Shown here: positions 51,371 to 64,000 of the stretch, one piece after another
Layout of the letters: each line of letters begins with the position of its first letter
Position numbering within the stretch: position 1 is the first letter of the stretch
Assembly (NCBI RefSeq): GCF_037042905.1
Contig: NC_087251.1
Span: forward strand, 39,930,001 to 39,994,000
Direction: 5' to 3'
DNA length: 64,000 bases
DNA from: Lytechinus pictus
Lineage: Eukaryota
The notes under the pieces: generated by a model
Databases searched by the model: none
What the model saw: the letters and a program-made list of their open reading frames with translations, nothing else
What the model was told of the DNA's origin: nothing
Position numbers and translations under genes: made by a program

Positions 51371-51954
51371 ACCCTTGGGTGAGGCCTTTCGGCCAATGAA
51401 CCCTATAAAAGAATTAACAATTAAAGAAATTAGTTAAATATGAGTTTGATGAAAGAAAATGGAATATGGTTGGGAATCTTGGGATCAAATTATTTCCCCA
51501 GTGAACAAGAAATGCTAATTGATTCATGCAGCGTTGGATCTCAAACTAACGGCACTACAAGATTGTGAAAAGTAGCCCATAGTGTTTAAAAATATTGCCA
51601 AAATCTTCATTTTGTTATGAAAAACGCATATTTAGTCCCACTGTAGTTACATAGAGCGCCTCAAACACAAAATCACTTTATCGTATAAATTTTTTCATAT
51701 CTACTTGAGATGGAAGTGGATATTGTCCATGAGTGTATTCCTATTTTGAAGGCTTGATGTCTAAATTTTATTTTTTAATGTTACTGTAGCGTTAGAGCTG
51801 TCACCCAGCAACATTTTGATACGTGAATGACGTATTTATGGCGTATACAAGCGGAGATATGGCAACTTACATTTCACCTTACCCTTAAAGGATATTGATT
51901 TTTTTCAACTTTTTGCTATTTTACATTGCTCTTTAAATTCGACTGTAGAAAAAA

Positions 51955-52555
51955 GGTACCTTGTAGTTCCATTCCCTGAAGTCCTCCACCAGGAAGGGTA
52001 ACTCAGGGCTGACGAGAGTGGGAGTATTATTACTATGTTTTGTTTTGTTGCAGGTTTTGCTTGTTTAGTTTTAATTCAAGTATGTCAGTGCTTTTGGAGG
52101 ATACCGTATTGGCTGTGAGACTATTCCAGCAGGAGATTGCTTCAGGGAAGAAGGAATTAGCCAGTTGGGTAGTTGTGATGAACTTTGAAGTGACGTCATA
52201 CAGTTCATCATGGGATCGTCTTAATCTTGTTATTTTTCTTATGGCATATTCATTTAAGTCAAGTTGAGTTTCTCCATGGATGATCTTATATAAGTTGATG
52301 ATTCGGTGATTTCGCCTCCTTTCTTCGAGAGACATCCAGCCAAGTGTTGTCATGTTTGTAATGCTGGATCCCCGTGTGTAGTTCCCTGCGACGAACCGGG
52401 CGGCTCGTCTCTGAACCATTTCCAGCAATTTGGTGTTCTTGACTGTGCCTGGGTGCCATGCTATCGAAGTATATTCCAGGTGGGGTCTAACAAGTGTGTG
52501 ATATAGACGTTCCTTCACTGTTTTAGAGCAGTGATAGAAGTTCCTTCTGATGAAG
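51955..52555 (-). mobile_element. 5'-truncated CR1-group LINE (RT C-terminal region)
   Basis: FIRRNFYHCSKTVKERLYHTLVRPHLEY…W.P…LEMVQRRAARFV…LGWMSLEERR…LYKIIHG…NSFFP…WNSL. Confidence 0.92.
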
Positions 52556-52899
52556 ATACCACAATTTGATACTACCTACCTAGCAGTAATCTAGAGGGTC
52601 CATACTACCCCCTTATGGTATCGAACCTTTTCTGTGATGTTGGTTGTACAAACTCTTTAAATAAGGCCATATGAGATTTTTCTCCTGGACTAGCAATGTA
52701 TTATCTGTGTATTAAAATTTTGTACATAGCTGTTGGCGCTGAAAAGCGTAATAACAGACGTCAAAAGCGTACTAGCGTAATTTGATATGAACAGCGTAAT
52801 AATTACCGGTAGGCTTTTCCCCTAATGGTTGGTAGCTCTGTGCCTTGATCGATGAGCTTATATTGCAGATACCGGTAGTCTCTGAGATAAATCAAATTT

Positions 52900-54575
52900 A
52901 AGGAGGGCTAAATGATTACAAATCTTTAAAAATTCATAATCAGGAAAATGGGTAATACACAGTGCTGGGTGATTTTCAATATAAATAAATGAAAGTAATG
53001 GTATTAAGATGACTGATATCTTTATCCGTTCCAAATCATAAAAAAATCTCATGGATAAGAAGGTTTATTTCTTGTCCTGGAAATTTCAGTTTTCACATGT
53101 TTCCATCATTTTTGCCTACAGCATATACATCTTTTTATATCAATGAATAACCCATTTTGGGCACAGGTATTATTGGTCTTTTCAGATCTTACCCGCCTAA
53201 TTGTTGATGACGTTGCATGTCAAGCCCTTTGGAATAATCCAAAAATTGAAATGAATAATAATGTAATATCTTTCAAATCTTGGTGTGTTAATGGGGTGCA
53301 TTTTGTTAATGATATTTTGGGAACAGATGGAAAATTTCTCTATTTTGATTTTCAAAGCAAATTCAATGTGCACGACACTTTTCTTCAATATTATGGCATG
53401 TGCAACGCTATTTGATATGGTTTCAATAAATACCTTATACCAAAGGCTATGGAGCCTATTATTCCAGAAGCACTTCTTTTGATAAAGTATAAAAGGTTGT
53501 GCTCATATTTACAATATTTTTTTAAGTTGAAAGACTGCAAGTCTCATCAAATGGAAATAAATGTTTGACTTTGACAAAACTATATGGAGGTTCTACTACC
53601 AATTTTTTTTTTATTCAACTGCAGATGTAAACATGAGGTGGTTTCAGTTCAAAATATTGAAAAGAATTATTTATATGAAAGATGCTTTGTTACGATTTGA
53701 ATAAGTTACAGATAACTTTTGTACTTTCTGTTATAATGATAAAGAAATAAATAAATATTATGCACATTTCTTGTTCTAGTGCCCACACAAACGAAATATC
53801 AACTCAAACGGGTTTTCTCGTAACAATTTGCATATCAAAATTTCAAACCCGAATAAATTATTAGGATTTTATGGAAACAATGGTGCTCTTTATAATTGTA
53901 TTTTATAATCGTTAAAAAAAATTGCAGTGAAATGCAAACACTGTCTTCCAGGTTTCAACCATATTTTGTTTGAAATAAAATCTTATTATGGTATGGAAAA
54001 TTATATAGGCCTATATATAATAAATCTGAATTTCTGAAAGAGAAGAAATCTGTAAAAAGGAGGTCATCTTTTACTTTATTATCTATTATTAAGTCTCTCA
54101 GATATCATTCTCTGTAATAAATATATTTCTTGTATGGAGTTTTTCTTTCCTTTGCACTTTGATTTTTCTTTCTAAAACAATGTTACAGCAATTTCATGGA
54201 ATATTGTATTGTACATATCTAAATTTTGTGTCATATACTGTGTTAATATGGAGCGTTGTGGCCCAGTGGATTAGTCTTCGGACTTTGAAACAGAGGGTCG
54301 TGGGTTCGAATCCCAGCCATGGCGTAATTTCCTTCAGCAAGAAACTGATCCACAGTGTGCTGCACTCAACCCAGGTGAGGTAAATGGGTACCGGTAGGAA
54401 GTAATTCCTTAAAAAGCTGTGTGCGCTATGAACGCCTAGCTTAGCCGGGTAATATAGGAGCGCCTTGAGCACCTAACAAGGTGGATATGTGCGCAATATA
54501 AATACCCTATATTATTATTAATAATTCAATTATGTATTGTCGAAAAATATGTATTATAGTGATTTCAATAAAGGA
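52900..54575 (+). mobile_element. Decayed L1/Tx1-type LINE 3' portion, interrupted by a SINE
   Basis: NNPFWAQVL…LWNNPKI…SW…GVHFVNDIL…FLQYY, then WFQFKILKRII and a CTFC motif in broken frames. AATAAA near 54567. Left boundary approximate. Confidence 0.75.
54249..54523 (+). mobile_element. Full-length tRNA-derived SINE
   Basis: A box TGGCCCAGTGG, B box GGTTCGAATCC, tRNA-like head, central CCCAGGTGAGGTAAATGGGTACC core, (ATT)n tail. Confidence 0.93.
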
Positions 54576-55322
54576 ACCATGTGGAACAAAAAATATTGAA
54601 AAATATTTAATATTCAATTATGAAAAATTAATCATTACTTATTGACCACAAATGCTGCTCTATTGCTTAAAACTAAATCGGAACTTCGTAATTGGTATCA
54701 AAATCCTTGGTTTTCATGGACAAGCACCAACGAATTATATTTTTTCAGATTCTGCAATATAACTTATTATCACAGATATTTTGCTGGCACTACTCGACTA
54801 ACATCAAAATCAAATATCAATACAAAAATACAATTTACAGAATCTGTGACATTAACATCTGTTAGATACATATTTGGTGACAAAACATAATATCTTACAA
54901 CCTCAGATGAAGGAATAAGCTAATAAATGTTTGAAAGACATGCAAGTAATAAACAGACAAATTTTAAAACAAAATCATACCAGTTAAATATTATAATTAA
55001 CACAGAAAAAAAATTCATTCCCTCTGAAATTATTTTGAATGATTACTTCACACAGGCCTACTACTTGAGATAAGAATTGCGAAGTATATCATTGAACATA
55101 TTGTTTTGACTGAAAATGTAATTTTGGTCCCCCTCATTTTGTAGCGGTATTAATATTGCCTTAACAAAATCAACACATTTTCCATCTTATTCTTACGATG
55201 TCAATATTAAAACAAAATTAAAAGGAATTGAATGAAATTTAAAAGGAAGACGTATAAGTGCCGAATACTGCAGATATATTTCTATGCAACTCTTTTGTGT
55301 TAATTTACTGATCAATACCCTC

Positions 55323-55737
55323 AACTAGTGGAATGCCTCTGGCAGTCTCACAGGTGCATTTAGCGATTCAATGCAGGAGCAGTGCTAACTCTTAAAACAA
55401 CTAAGATAAAAAATAATTCACAAAAAACACGATTATATATGATAATAAAATACTAAGTTCATTGACATCAAATGACCTTTGACCTTGATCACATGACCTG
55501 AAACTTGCAAAATGATCAGTAATGCTCGATTACTGCTACATTTATGTCCAAGTTTCATGCATTACGTAGATCCATTTATTTTTCAAAGTAACAGACATTT
55601 CAGAAAATACCTCCCTTCCATCAACATGGTAAAAGTTCATTGACTATGAATTACCTTAGACCCGAATCACCTGACCTAGAACTCATGGAAGACGATTACA
55701 TCCAGTTTTCATGAACTATGCCCATATACCTTCTAAG
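55323..55737 (+). mobile_element. Diverged partial HINE-like element (family of 42480)
   Basis: AACTAGTGGAATGCCTCTGGCAGTCTC start and TGACCTTTGACCTT units. Confidence 0.75.
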
Positions 55738-56190
55738 TTAATAATAATAATAATAATATATAGCATTTAGAGTGCACCTTCTATCTAGTTTGCTATTCAG
55801 AGGCACAGAGGGAATTATTACACAGAAGGGTGGTGTTATATGAAATATGATGAGAATAAATGTCTTAAGGTTGGCTTTGAATGACTCTATATAGACTTGG
55901 CATTGCGTATTGTTGATGAGAGTGCATTCCACAATGTTGGAGCACTATGAGCAAAAGCTTTTTCACCAAATGAGCATTTGATTCGAGTACCAGGTTAAGA
56001 TCTCAGATTTCTAGAGGGTACATATTCTGAGATAAGATCATTAAAATAATGAGCACAACCATGAAGAATTTTCCATGTAAGCAACAAAATCTTGAATTTT
56101 ATTCTCTCCACCACAGGCAACCAGTGAAGTTCTTTTAGAACAGGCGTTATATGCGTATATTTAGAAGTTTAACAAAGAATTCGGGCGGAA
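55738..56190 (-). mobile_element. L2-type LINE 3' end
   Basis: The minus strand reads HITPVLKELHWLPVVERIKFKILLLTWKILHG…GEKAFAHSAPTLWNAL, followed by a (TAT)n tail. Confidence 0.9.
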
Positions 56191-56808
56191 AGATGGTTAT
56201 TTCTGTTTGCGGTTAATTAATTATACAAATTTATGCATATACCTTGCAATATTAGGCTATATTTTTATAATTCCAGCTCAAACGTTTATAATTTTTGGTA
56301 TAAATAGCATTTGCATCATTATGAATAATTGTATGGCATTTAAAATATAATATGATATCACAGTCAATATTTATGTATTTCATTGTTCTTTGAATTTCTG
56401 GTGGTGATCCAGCAATGAATTTCTTGAACCTGTCTGTATTCAAAGCAAAGGTGTTTAATGGTCACTTTTTATGAGATTAATCAATTCATTCATATTCAGA
56501 ATTTTAGATGATTAATACATAAATTCAAGTCAAGATAATACTGTGTAATTATACATCCCTTTATTGTTTTCCCCAATCAGTTGCATTGAACATCCTTTGG
56601 TGTAATTGTTCCCTGCCCAACACAATTTGATTACATACATTTAGTGTCTTTTTCTTTTGCAATATGAAGAGAAAATATTCTGCTGAAAATGTGATGTCCC
56701 GTGTGTTTCTCTATTATGCTGGTCAAATTGTAACAATTTGTCAAAACTTCTCATAACTAAACCCACATAAAAACTATTTCATTCTTATGTTGGAGACAAA
56801 TAACAGAC

Positions 56809-56943
56809 CTGGGTCCCGTAACACAAAGGTTAGCGATTGATCGTACTCTTGATTTTCACGATTGATTGTACATTGTAGTCGATGGAATCAATCGTAGAAA
56901 AATGTTCCAGGATCATTGCTAAGTTTTGTGTTACGGGCCCCAG
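56809..56943. mobile_element. 135 bp MITE (Harbinger-like ends)
   Basis: CTGGGTCCCGTAACACAAA … TTTTGTGTTACGGGCCCCAG. Confidence 0.85.
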
Positions 56944-59348
56944 TAGTCAGTTCTTTATAACACTATTTACAACAGACATTTATTAGGTTTGCTGCAACAT
57001 CGTCACTGCTCCGACATCTTGGTAGCAGCCATAGTTTCTCCATAGAAGTGGTCACATGTAATAACATAGTATGGTCTACGCTTGCCGACCTTTATCAGTT
57101 ATCACCACAGAAACCATCTTATTCCTCATTTTGCCTATCTGCAAGTAGACCTATAAAAAGCCAGACTGTGATATTCTAAGGTTCCACTATGAAAAATTTA
57201 CTCCCTGTACTTCTAATGTCAACGAATTTCGATCATTGGACTTCATTAACATATCTCCACATAATATCTTTACCAATGCAGTACTGCACCTGTCCTCTCG
57301 AGGACTGCCGCTTCATCAAACTTAGAGGCAGCTAGTCCAGATTGGACCTTGTTGTTTGGAAGTGCTTTTTCCCAAAGCTAACATAGAGGGCACATGTCTC
57401 CCAATCTCTAATCAGCGCCAATCCACTCATCTTCCCTCCCCAACAAGGTCCAGTACAAAACTTTGCTGTACCGGAAAAGCTAGGCATCAATCAAACAAGT
57501 TACACGGTAGGGGGTCAGGTGCCCTAGTCTCACACACCAAACAAGACACAATTTTACCCAAAACAACTTCACCTCTAACAGGGTGAAAAATGCAAAGTTG
57601 TGTTGTTTTTTTTACACTGTAAACATAAGGCTCCGTGTTCATGCACTTCAAAAATATCTATTCAGCGCCTTCCTCTCTCGCCAAATGATTCCACCCATGA
57701 ACCAAGTATCAAAGTTTGAATAAGTAGACTACACCAGTCACAAGGAGGCAACAGCTGGTAAACATCTCTGGCTCAGGCAGCATCAACAGATCCTGGCCCC
57801 CACCCCCATCGTGGTCAATGGGCAGTGGAGGGTCAGGGGAAACCAGACCAGTGGCCAACAGGTACGACTAGTCTCTTGTACCAAACTTTTGCCTCCACTC
57901 AAATATAAGTTTACCCCCAAGGACGATGAAAATACACAGATGTGACCGATGTTCTACAGAATAGACATATTCCACCATGATAATTTGATATTCACATTTT
58001 GTTCTATTGAAATGTTTTTTCTCTTACCCAATGATTTCATCCGTGGAATAAGTATTACAGTTTATAAGACTAGACTACGAAAACCAGGACCCTGTTGCTT
58101 CCATGAAATGACCTCCTGACCTCCATGATAAGGGGCAGTCAGTGGTTTTTGTATATGGAGCTATATATAGCTCCATGGTTTGGACATGGTTTGATATGCA
58201 TGTGTTTGCAGTGTATTCCATACTGTGGACATCATGTCCATACCCAGCTAACTATAATAACAAGGAATAACATTCATGAAAGATCCTAGAAATGCTTTCA
58301 AAAGAAATTTTTAAGAACATTTGTATAACATTAATGAAACAATATTCCCCTGATGTTAAACATGAAATAAACGTTAATATTATGATGCCAAGCAGATATA
58401 TTTTCCTAAATGTTACATAGATCTTTACCCATAGTTGATGAAAAAAAACATTCTTAAGACACAAATTATATTTTTCTAACGTTTTTATAATGTTACATAA
58501 TTAATGTGAATATTTTTTTTTCAAACGTTCGATGTTATGACTATGATGATGATAAAAAAAGTCATGAATGTTTGTTTTCAAAATATTTCGACAAAACATT
58601 TTTGATAATGTTAGGATTTTCTTAAATATAGTAGATACATGATAATTTTGCCGTTTTTGCATATTGAATTAATATTTTGATAGGAACACAATAACATTTT
58701 ATTGACATCTACATGTACATGAATTGGATGTAAATGAAATAGCATTTTGAAAATGTTGTTAGAATACTTGAAATGAAATGATCGATATGAAATATGGTTT
58801 TACAACATAACAAAGCATTCTTGAATGTTTTCAAGTGTTTTCCAAAATGTTAACTTTAAAAAATATATTAGAAACATCCTGATAATTTTAACATAAATTG
58901 TTGAGAAACAAAACAGATATACAATTTTATAATGTTATATACATGTACGTACATTGGATGTGATAATAAATGTTATGAAACTATATGTTTATGTATCATT
59001 TTGACTTAACGTTCTTGAAAAAAAAAAATCCTAATATTTTTCAAAAGCGTTAATTAAATGTATCATTAACATGTTTTTAATTCAATGTTTTATGATGATA
59101 TGAATATAATTTTTTCAGAAACTTGATAATACTACTAACATTTTTGTAAGGTTATACATTTGATGTAAAATAAACATTTTAAAAATGTTGTAAGAATATA
59201 TAACATCAACCGTTCAACGAAACATTTTTGAAATATAATTTCCAGAAATATTTTAAAATGTATTAGAAACATCCTTATTTTTAGTAGTATAATTTTAACA
59301 TTTTTTTGTATTTTGCTGACATTTTGATAAAATTATTGGGATCTATGA

Positions 59349-60196
59349 TTTTTAACTCATCCGGCCCGAAGGGCTAGATGAGCTTATGCCGTGGCGTGGC
59401 GTCCGTCCACTATTTCAAAATGCTTCTTCTTCGCCATTTCTAGTCCGGAATCAATTCTGTTTGCTTTATATGATAGCACTAGGCATGCTAGGTAGGGGAT
59501 TCAAAACTTCTTCATAGAATTTTGAAACTCATTAAATATGCTAATTTATGCGCATTTTTAAAAAATCACAAAAAATGCTTCTTCTTAATTAGTTGACCGA
59601 TTTTGAATTGTTTGCTTCCATCTGGTAGAGCTTCATGAAGGTCACCAAACTTCTACACAAAATTTTGAAATTTGGCCGGAGTAGAAAATTATTTATGCTA
59701 ACTTATGCGAAATTCATAAATCACAGAAAATGCCTCTTCTTTATTTGTTGACTGAATTTCAAAATGCTGCCCGCTTCGTCATTTCAAGTCTGATTTTAAT
59801 TCTGTTTGCTTTTAATATGATAGCATTAGGTGGGGGATTCAAACCTTCTACACAGAATTTTGAAACTCATTAAATATGCTAATTTATGCGCATTTTTCAA
59901 AATTCACAAACAAATGCTTCTCCTTCGTTATTTGTTGACCTATTTCGGCTTCCTTTTGGTAGCACTTCATGAGGTTCACCAAATTTCTACACAGAATTTT
60001 GAAATTTTGACTAGGAAATCTATTCATAGATCACAAAAAAGCTTCTATGTAATTTCTTCATCAATTTCAATTCTATATCCTCAATTTATGTCACCAATAT
60101 AATTCACTACAGTGACGTCAACTGGGCTGAAATTAAAATTGTGTTAAATATCGTTGCGAGATGGTGGATGAGCTCCACATCATTGATGTGCTAGTT
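59349..60196 (-). mobile_element. Helentron/HINE-like element in reverse orientation
   Basis: T-run plus hairpin CTCATC…GATGAG and GTCC repeats at the left; GGATGAGCT subterminal repeat and CTAGTT at the right; internal duplicated ~340 bp block. Confidence 0.75.
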
Positions 60197-60592
60197 TTAA
60201 AAGGTTGTAATACTAGTATCATATCAATGACATCAAACGTTCTTAGAATGTCATAACTGAAACTGCTTTATAGTATTTTCACTAAAAAAAGAGAGAAAAT
60301 ATTGTTTTAATACATATTTATGATATAACATCAGACATCTGATCATTTAAGAAATAAATTCATTTTACTATCATCGTTTTTATAATGTTATACATTATGT
60401 GAAAAAAATAATGTTGGTAGACTATGACAATAACATAAAACATCATTCCCGAAATGTCATGATTATGATTATGCTTCTCAAATATTTTAACAAAACTTAT
60501 TTTTAGAAATGCTTTTCCAATGTTAAAAAAAAATGTTTGAAAAATTAATCAGAAACATCCTAATTTTGACATTTTTATGATATCATTTTTAA

Positions 60593-61174
60593 AGGACAAG
60601 TCCACCCCAGAAAATTTTTGATTTTTATAAATAGCGAAAAACTCTAACAAGCACAACGGTGAAAATTTGATCAAAATCTGAAGTAAAATGAGAAAGTTAC
60701 GAAGTTTTCATTATTTTTCACAAAACAGTTATATGCACGACTCGGACATGCAAATGAGAGAGTTGATGTCCCTCACTCACCATTTTGTGTATGATATTGT
60801 TTGAATTATAAAATGTATTTCGATTTTTACAGATTTGACAATAAGGACCGAATTGATCGAACCATAAATTGTTAAAACAAAGGTAATACCACGTGTTCAG
60901 GGAGGAACAAAACTTTGTTTCACAGGACAACAGGGATATAATTGGAATATTCAATATTTCATATAATAAAATACAAAAGAAATAGTGAGTGATGTCATCA
61001 GTCCCCTCATTTGCATACCTGTCCAAGATGTGAATATAACTGTTTTGTGAAAATTATAAAGCGAGACTTAAAAATGTCATAACTTTCTGATTTTGATTTA
61101 ATTTTTCAGTATTATTCTTGTTGGATTTTTTCTCTTTTTATTCAAATCAACTTTTTATGGGGTGGACTTGTCCT
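60593..61174. mobile_element. Complete Kolobok-like non-autonomous element
   Basis: TTAA|AGGACAAGTCCACCCC … GGGGTGGACTTGTCCT|TTAA. Confidence 0.9.
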
Positions 61175-61909
61175 TTAAGAAACAAATAATTATCATGCCA
61201 TGGGTGTGACAATAACAAACTTTCCCACAAAATTATGATAATATATATTTTTTTTAATAACTAAACATTTTTGAAAAAAAAAAAGGTTTTCTAATGTTTT
61301 CCTGAAGTACTAATGAATTGTACAACAAACATTCATATTTTGATGTTTTTATGATATCATAATTTTTTGAAACATAATAACATTTTACTATAATATCTCT
61401 ATAATTACGGTAAATAGATATAAAAAATACTATCTTAAAACTTTGGTAAAATTTAATGATAATAGCATTAAAGGTTCTATAAAAGTTATGAAAATATGTT
61501 CTCAAAATGTTTTAGTTAAAAATTCTTGAAAAATGTTTTTTCTTTTGTTTTCCCAAAATGTTGGAAAAAAATATTGAACTCATTTTTTTTAATCGTTTTT
61601 ATAATATAATTTGGATATGAACGGGGCAGCAACAGGAGGGCACCAGGCCCGACAGATGAATCATGATGATGCAAAACTATACTTTTGATCATTTCAGACA
61701 TGTCTTATACTTCATAGACATCACCATTATTGTTATAAAAATTGCAATGCACTTTCCGCCTTCATCTGGTGTTTACAAATGCGAAATGATGTTGATATTT
61801 TTTTCGAGTTATACCATATTTTTAACTTGTATTTAAGTGTAACAAAGCTTGCGTGCGCTTGCGAAATCTCTTCTATCCAATGAACGGCCTTATACCTCTC
61901 AAATCTTAA

Positions 61910-62502
61910 AGGTCAAGTCCACCCCAGAAAAAGGTTGACTTGAATAAATAGAGAACTCAAACATGAATAACGCTGAAAACTTAATCAAAATCGGATGTAA
62001 AATAAGAAAGTTATGACATTTTAAAGTTTCGCTTATTTTTCACAAAACAGTTCTATGCTCAACTCAGTAATATGCAAATGAGAGAGTCGATGATGTCACT
62101 CACTCACTATTTCTTTTGCTTTTTATTGTTTGAATAATACAATATTTCAATTTTTACGAATTCGACAATTAGGATCCCCTTGCTTGAACCACAAAATGTT
62201 AAAATAATGGAAGTTCAGGGAGGAATGAGACTTTGTTTTACTTGACAATGACGATAAAATAAAAATATTTCATATTTCATATAATAAAATACAAAAGAAA
62301 TAGTGAGTGGATGATGTCATTGGTCCCCTCATTTGCATGCCGACCAGGATGTGCATACAACTGTTTTGAAAAATTAAGCGAAACTTTAAAATGTTATAAC
62401 TTTCTTATTTTACATCCGATTTTGATGAAATTTTCAGTGTTATGTTTGTTTGATTTTTCTCTTTCTATTCCAATCAGCTTTTTGTTGGGGTGGACTTGTC
62501 CT
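61910..62502. mobile_element. Complete Kolobok-like non-autonomous element
   Basis: TTAA|AGGTCAAGTCCACCCC … GGGGTGGACTTGTCCT|TTAA. Confidence 0.9.
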
Positions 62503-63372
62503 TTAAATTATAAGGCCAAATCTACTGAAAATAATAAAATACTTCTTTTATGTATGATAGAATAATTTTGATTGGCGCATATACTATTTTTGTGAGCGCT
62601 GCTAAAAACCAAACAACAACATCTTGACTTTAACAGTGAAAATAGTAATTGTGACGATGGTACAACGTTGGAATGTAGTTTGTTCCTGGGTTGTTCGAAC
62701 AATTACGTTATGCCAACGTTGGCATGGTTGGGAAACATTCAACGTTGGGAAAACGTTTGGCCATCTGGACATATTCATTAGCCAGAGAATGACCAAAATT
62801 TCAGCTTATATATACGTGACTATGTTTACGTACCTGTTAAAAGTTTCACAAAAGTATGGAGCCTGATTAACATATCATTAATTCATTAAATAGATCATTC
62901 ATAGGTGAAATTTTAAGGTATATATATATAGAAAAATTGTTATTAAATGTATTCTGCCAGGTATCGGAGAGTCGTCTCATATATAGGAATCAATGGCAGG
63001 TTTCAGTGGATAGGTGTAGATATAGAACGATAGGTTGAGATAAGGATAGGATTAGAATATTTTTATGGGATAAAGTTGTAGAGATGAACTTCACCTTGAA
63101 AGCACATTAAAATTTTGAAAACAGTCACTTGTTACATTAGTAAGATACCATTGCAACATTTTCTCAACATTTTTAGAATACTAAACATTAACAAATATAT
63201 TTTCAAATTTTTTTTAAACTGTTACTGTTAGATATACTTGCTAACTTAATATACAATTGTCCGTCAAATTGAATAGCTCAAGGAAGGATGAAGTTTATCA
63301 AATTTGAACACAATTGGTACTTGCCGGAATTTTCATAATTTTCAATTTCTTGATAAAAAACCCATTTGATTT

Positions 63373-64000
63373 GGTCAAGTCCATCCCAACAAAAACTTGA
63401 TTTGAATAAAAAGAGAAAAATCCAACAAGCATGCATAACACTGAAAATTTCATCAAAATCGGATGTGAAATACACTCTTAAAAACGTTGGGCAACATACG
63501 GTCCACACAACAATTGGTTAAAACTTTATCAAATTCTGAGTAGCTTTAAACCAATAATGTGTGCTTTTGGTGAAAACTACACAGTATTGGTTGAAAACTA
63601 CCCAGAGTTGGATAATGTTTTAACCAATTGTTGTGTGGACCGTATGTTGCCCAACGTTTTTAAGAGTGTAAGAAGTTATGACATTTTAAAGTTTCACTTC
63701 ATTTCACAAAACAGTTATATGCCGCACATCTCGGTTGGTATGCAAATGAGGGAACTGATGACATCACTCACTCACTATTTCTATTATATTCTATTATATG
63801 AAATATTTTGATTTTCTCGTCATTGTCATGTGAAATGAAGTTTCATTCCTCCCTCAGCTGAACACGTGGAATTCCATTATTTGAACATTTTGTGGTTCAG
63901 GCATGCAAGGAGGTCATAATTGTCAATTTCGTAAAAAAATGAAATATTGTATAATTCAAACAATAAAAAACAAAAGAAATAGTGAGTGAGTGACATCATC
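63373..64000. mobile_element. Kolobok-like element running off the window, interrupted by a MITE
   Basis: GGTCAAGTCCATCCC start and body homologous to 61910-62502. Confidence 0.85.
63473..63668. mobile_element. Young 196 bp MITE with CACT ends and TA TSD
   Basis: TA|CACTCTTAAAAACGTTGGGCAACATACGGTCCACACAACAATTGGTTAAAAC and its perfect inverse |TA. Sister elements show the empty site GAAATAAGAAAG. Confidence 0.92.

Larger units (their letters stand above)
58242..61565. repeat. Very AT-rich degenerate AACATT/AATGTT-repeat region, probably an old TIR element, hosting nested insertions
   Basis: Starts ACCCAGCTAAC; many AAACATT/AATGTT motifs in both orientations. Boundaries uncertain. Confidence 0.4.

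Noticed and set aside
54250..54325. tRNA gene
   Set aside because: The acceptor and anticodon stems pair poorly and the sequence continues into a SINE body and tail; a second copy lies at 21593-21977.
57000..57960. Higher-complexity segment as a missing K2P exon or another gene
   Set aside because: The frames I translated gave no channel motif or recognisable protein; left unassigned.

Overview
AT-rich, repeat-dense animal DNA. The repeat families and long poly-G/C runs suggest a marine invertebrate, most plausibly a sea urchin; this is inference and was not checked by a search. The window has two halves. (1) Positions 1-32039 are a head-to-tail array of a ~10 kb unit: three full copies plus the tail of a fourth, continuing past the left edge. 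The unit has no intact ORF. It does carry splice signals on the + strand at matching positions in every copy, a CpG-rich candidate first exon behind a CTCF-like motif, and a ~3 kb block of 52-nt minisatellite bracketed by a splice acceptor and donor. The best reading is an amplified, spliced, repeat-rich long non-coding RNA gene or a decayed mucin-like gene, and this is the most interesting object in the window. (2) Positions 32040-64000 hold the last two coding exons of a two-pore-domain (K2P/KCNK, TREK/TALK-like) potassium channel on the - strand; its 5' exons were not found. They sit among non-autonomous transposons (Helentron/HINE-like elements with internal tandem repeats, TTAA-flanked Kolobok-like elements, an IS3EU-like foldback element, several MITEs), a tRNA-derived SINE and LINE fragments (CR1, L2, L1/Tx1). 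Most of the ORF track is spurious. Transposon superfamily names come from terminal structure and target-site duplication (TSD) only.
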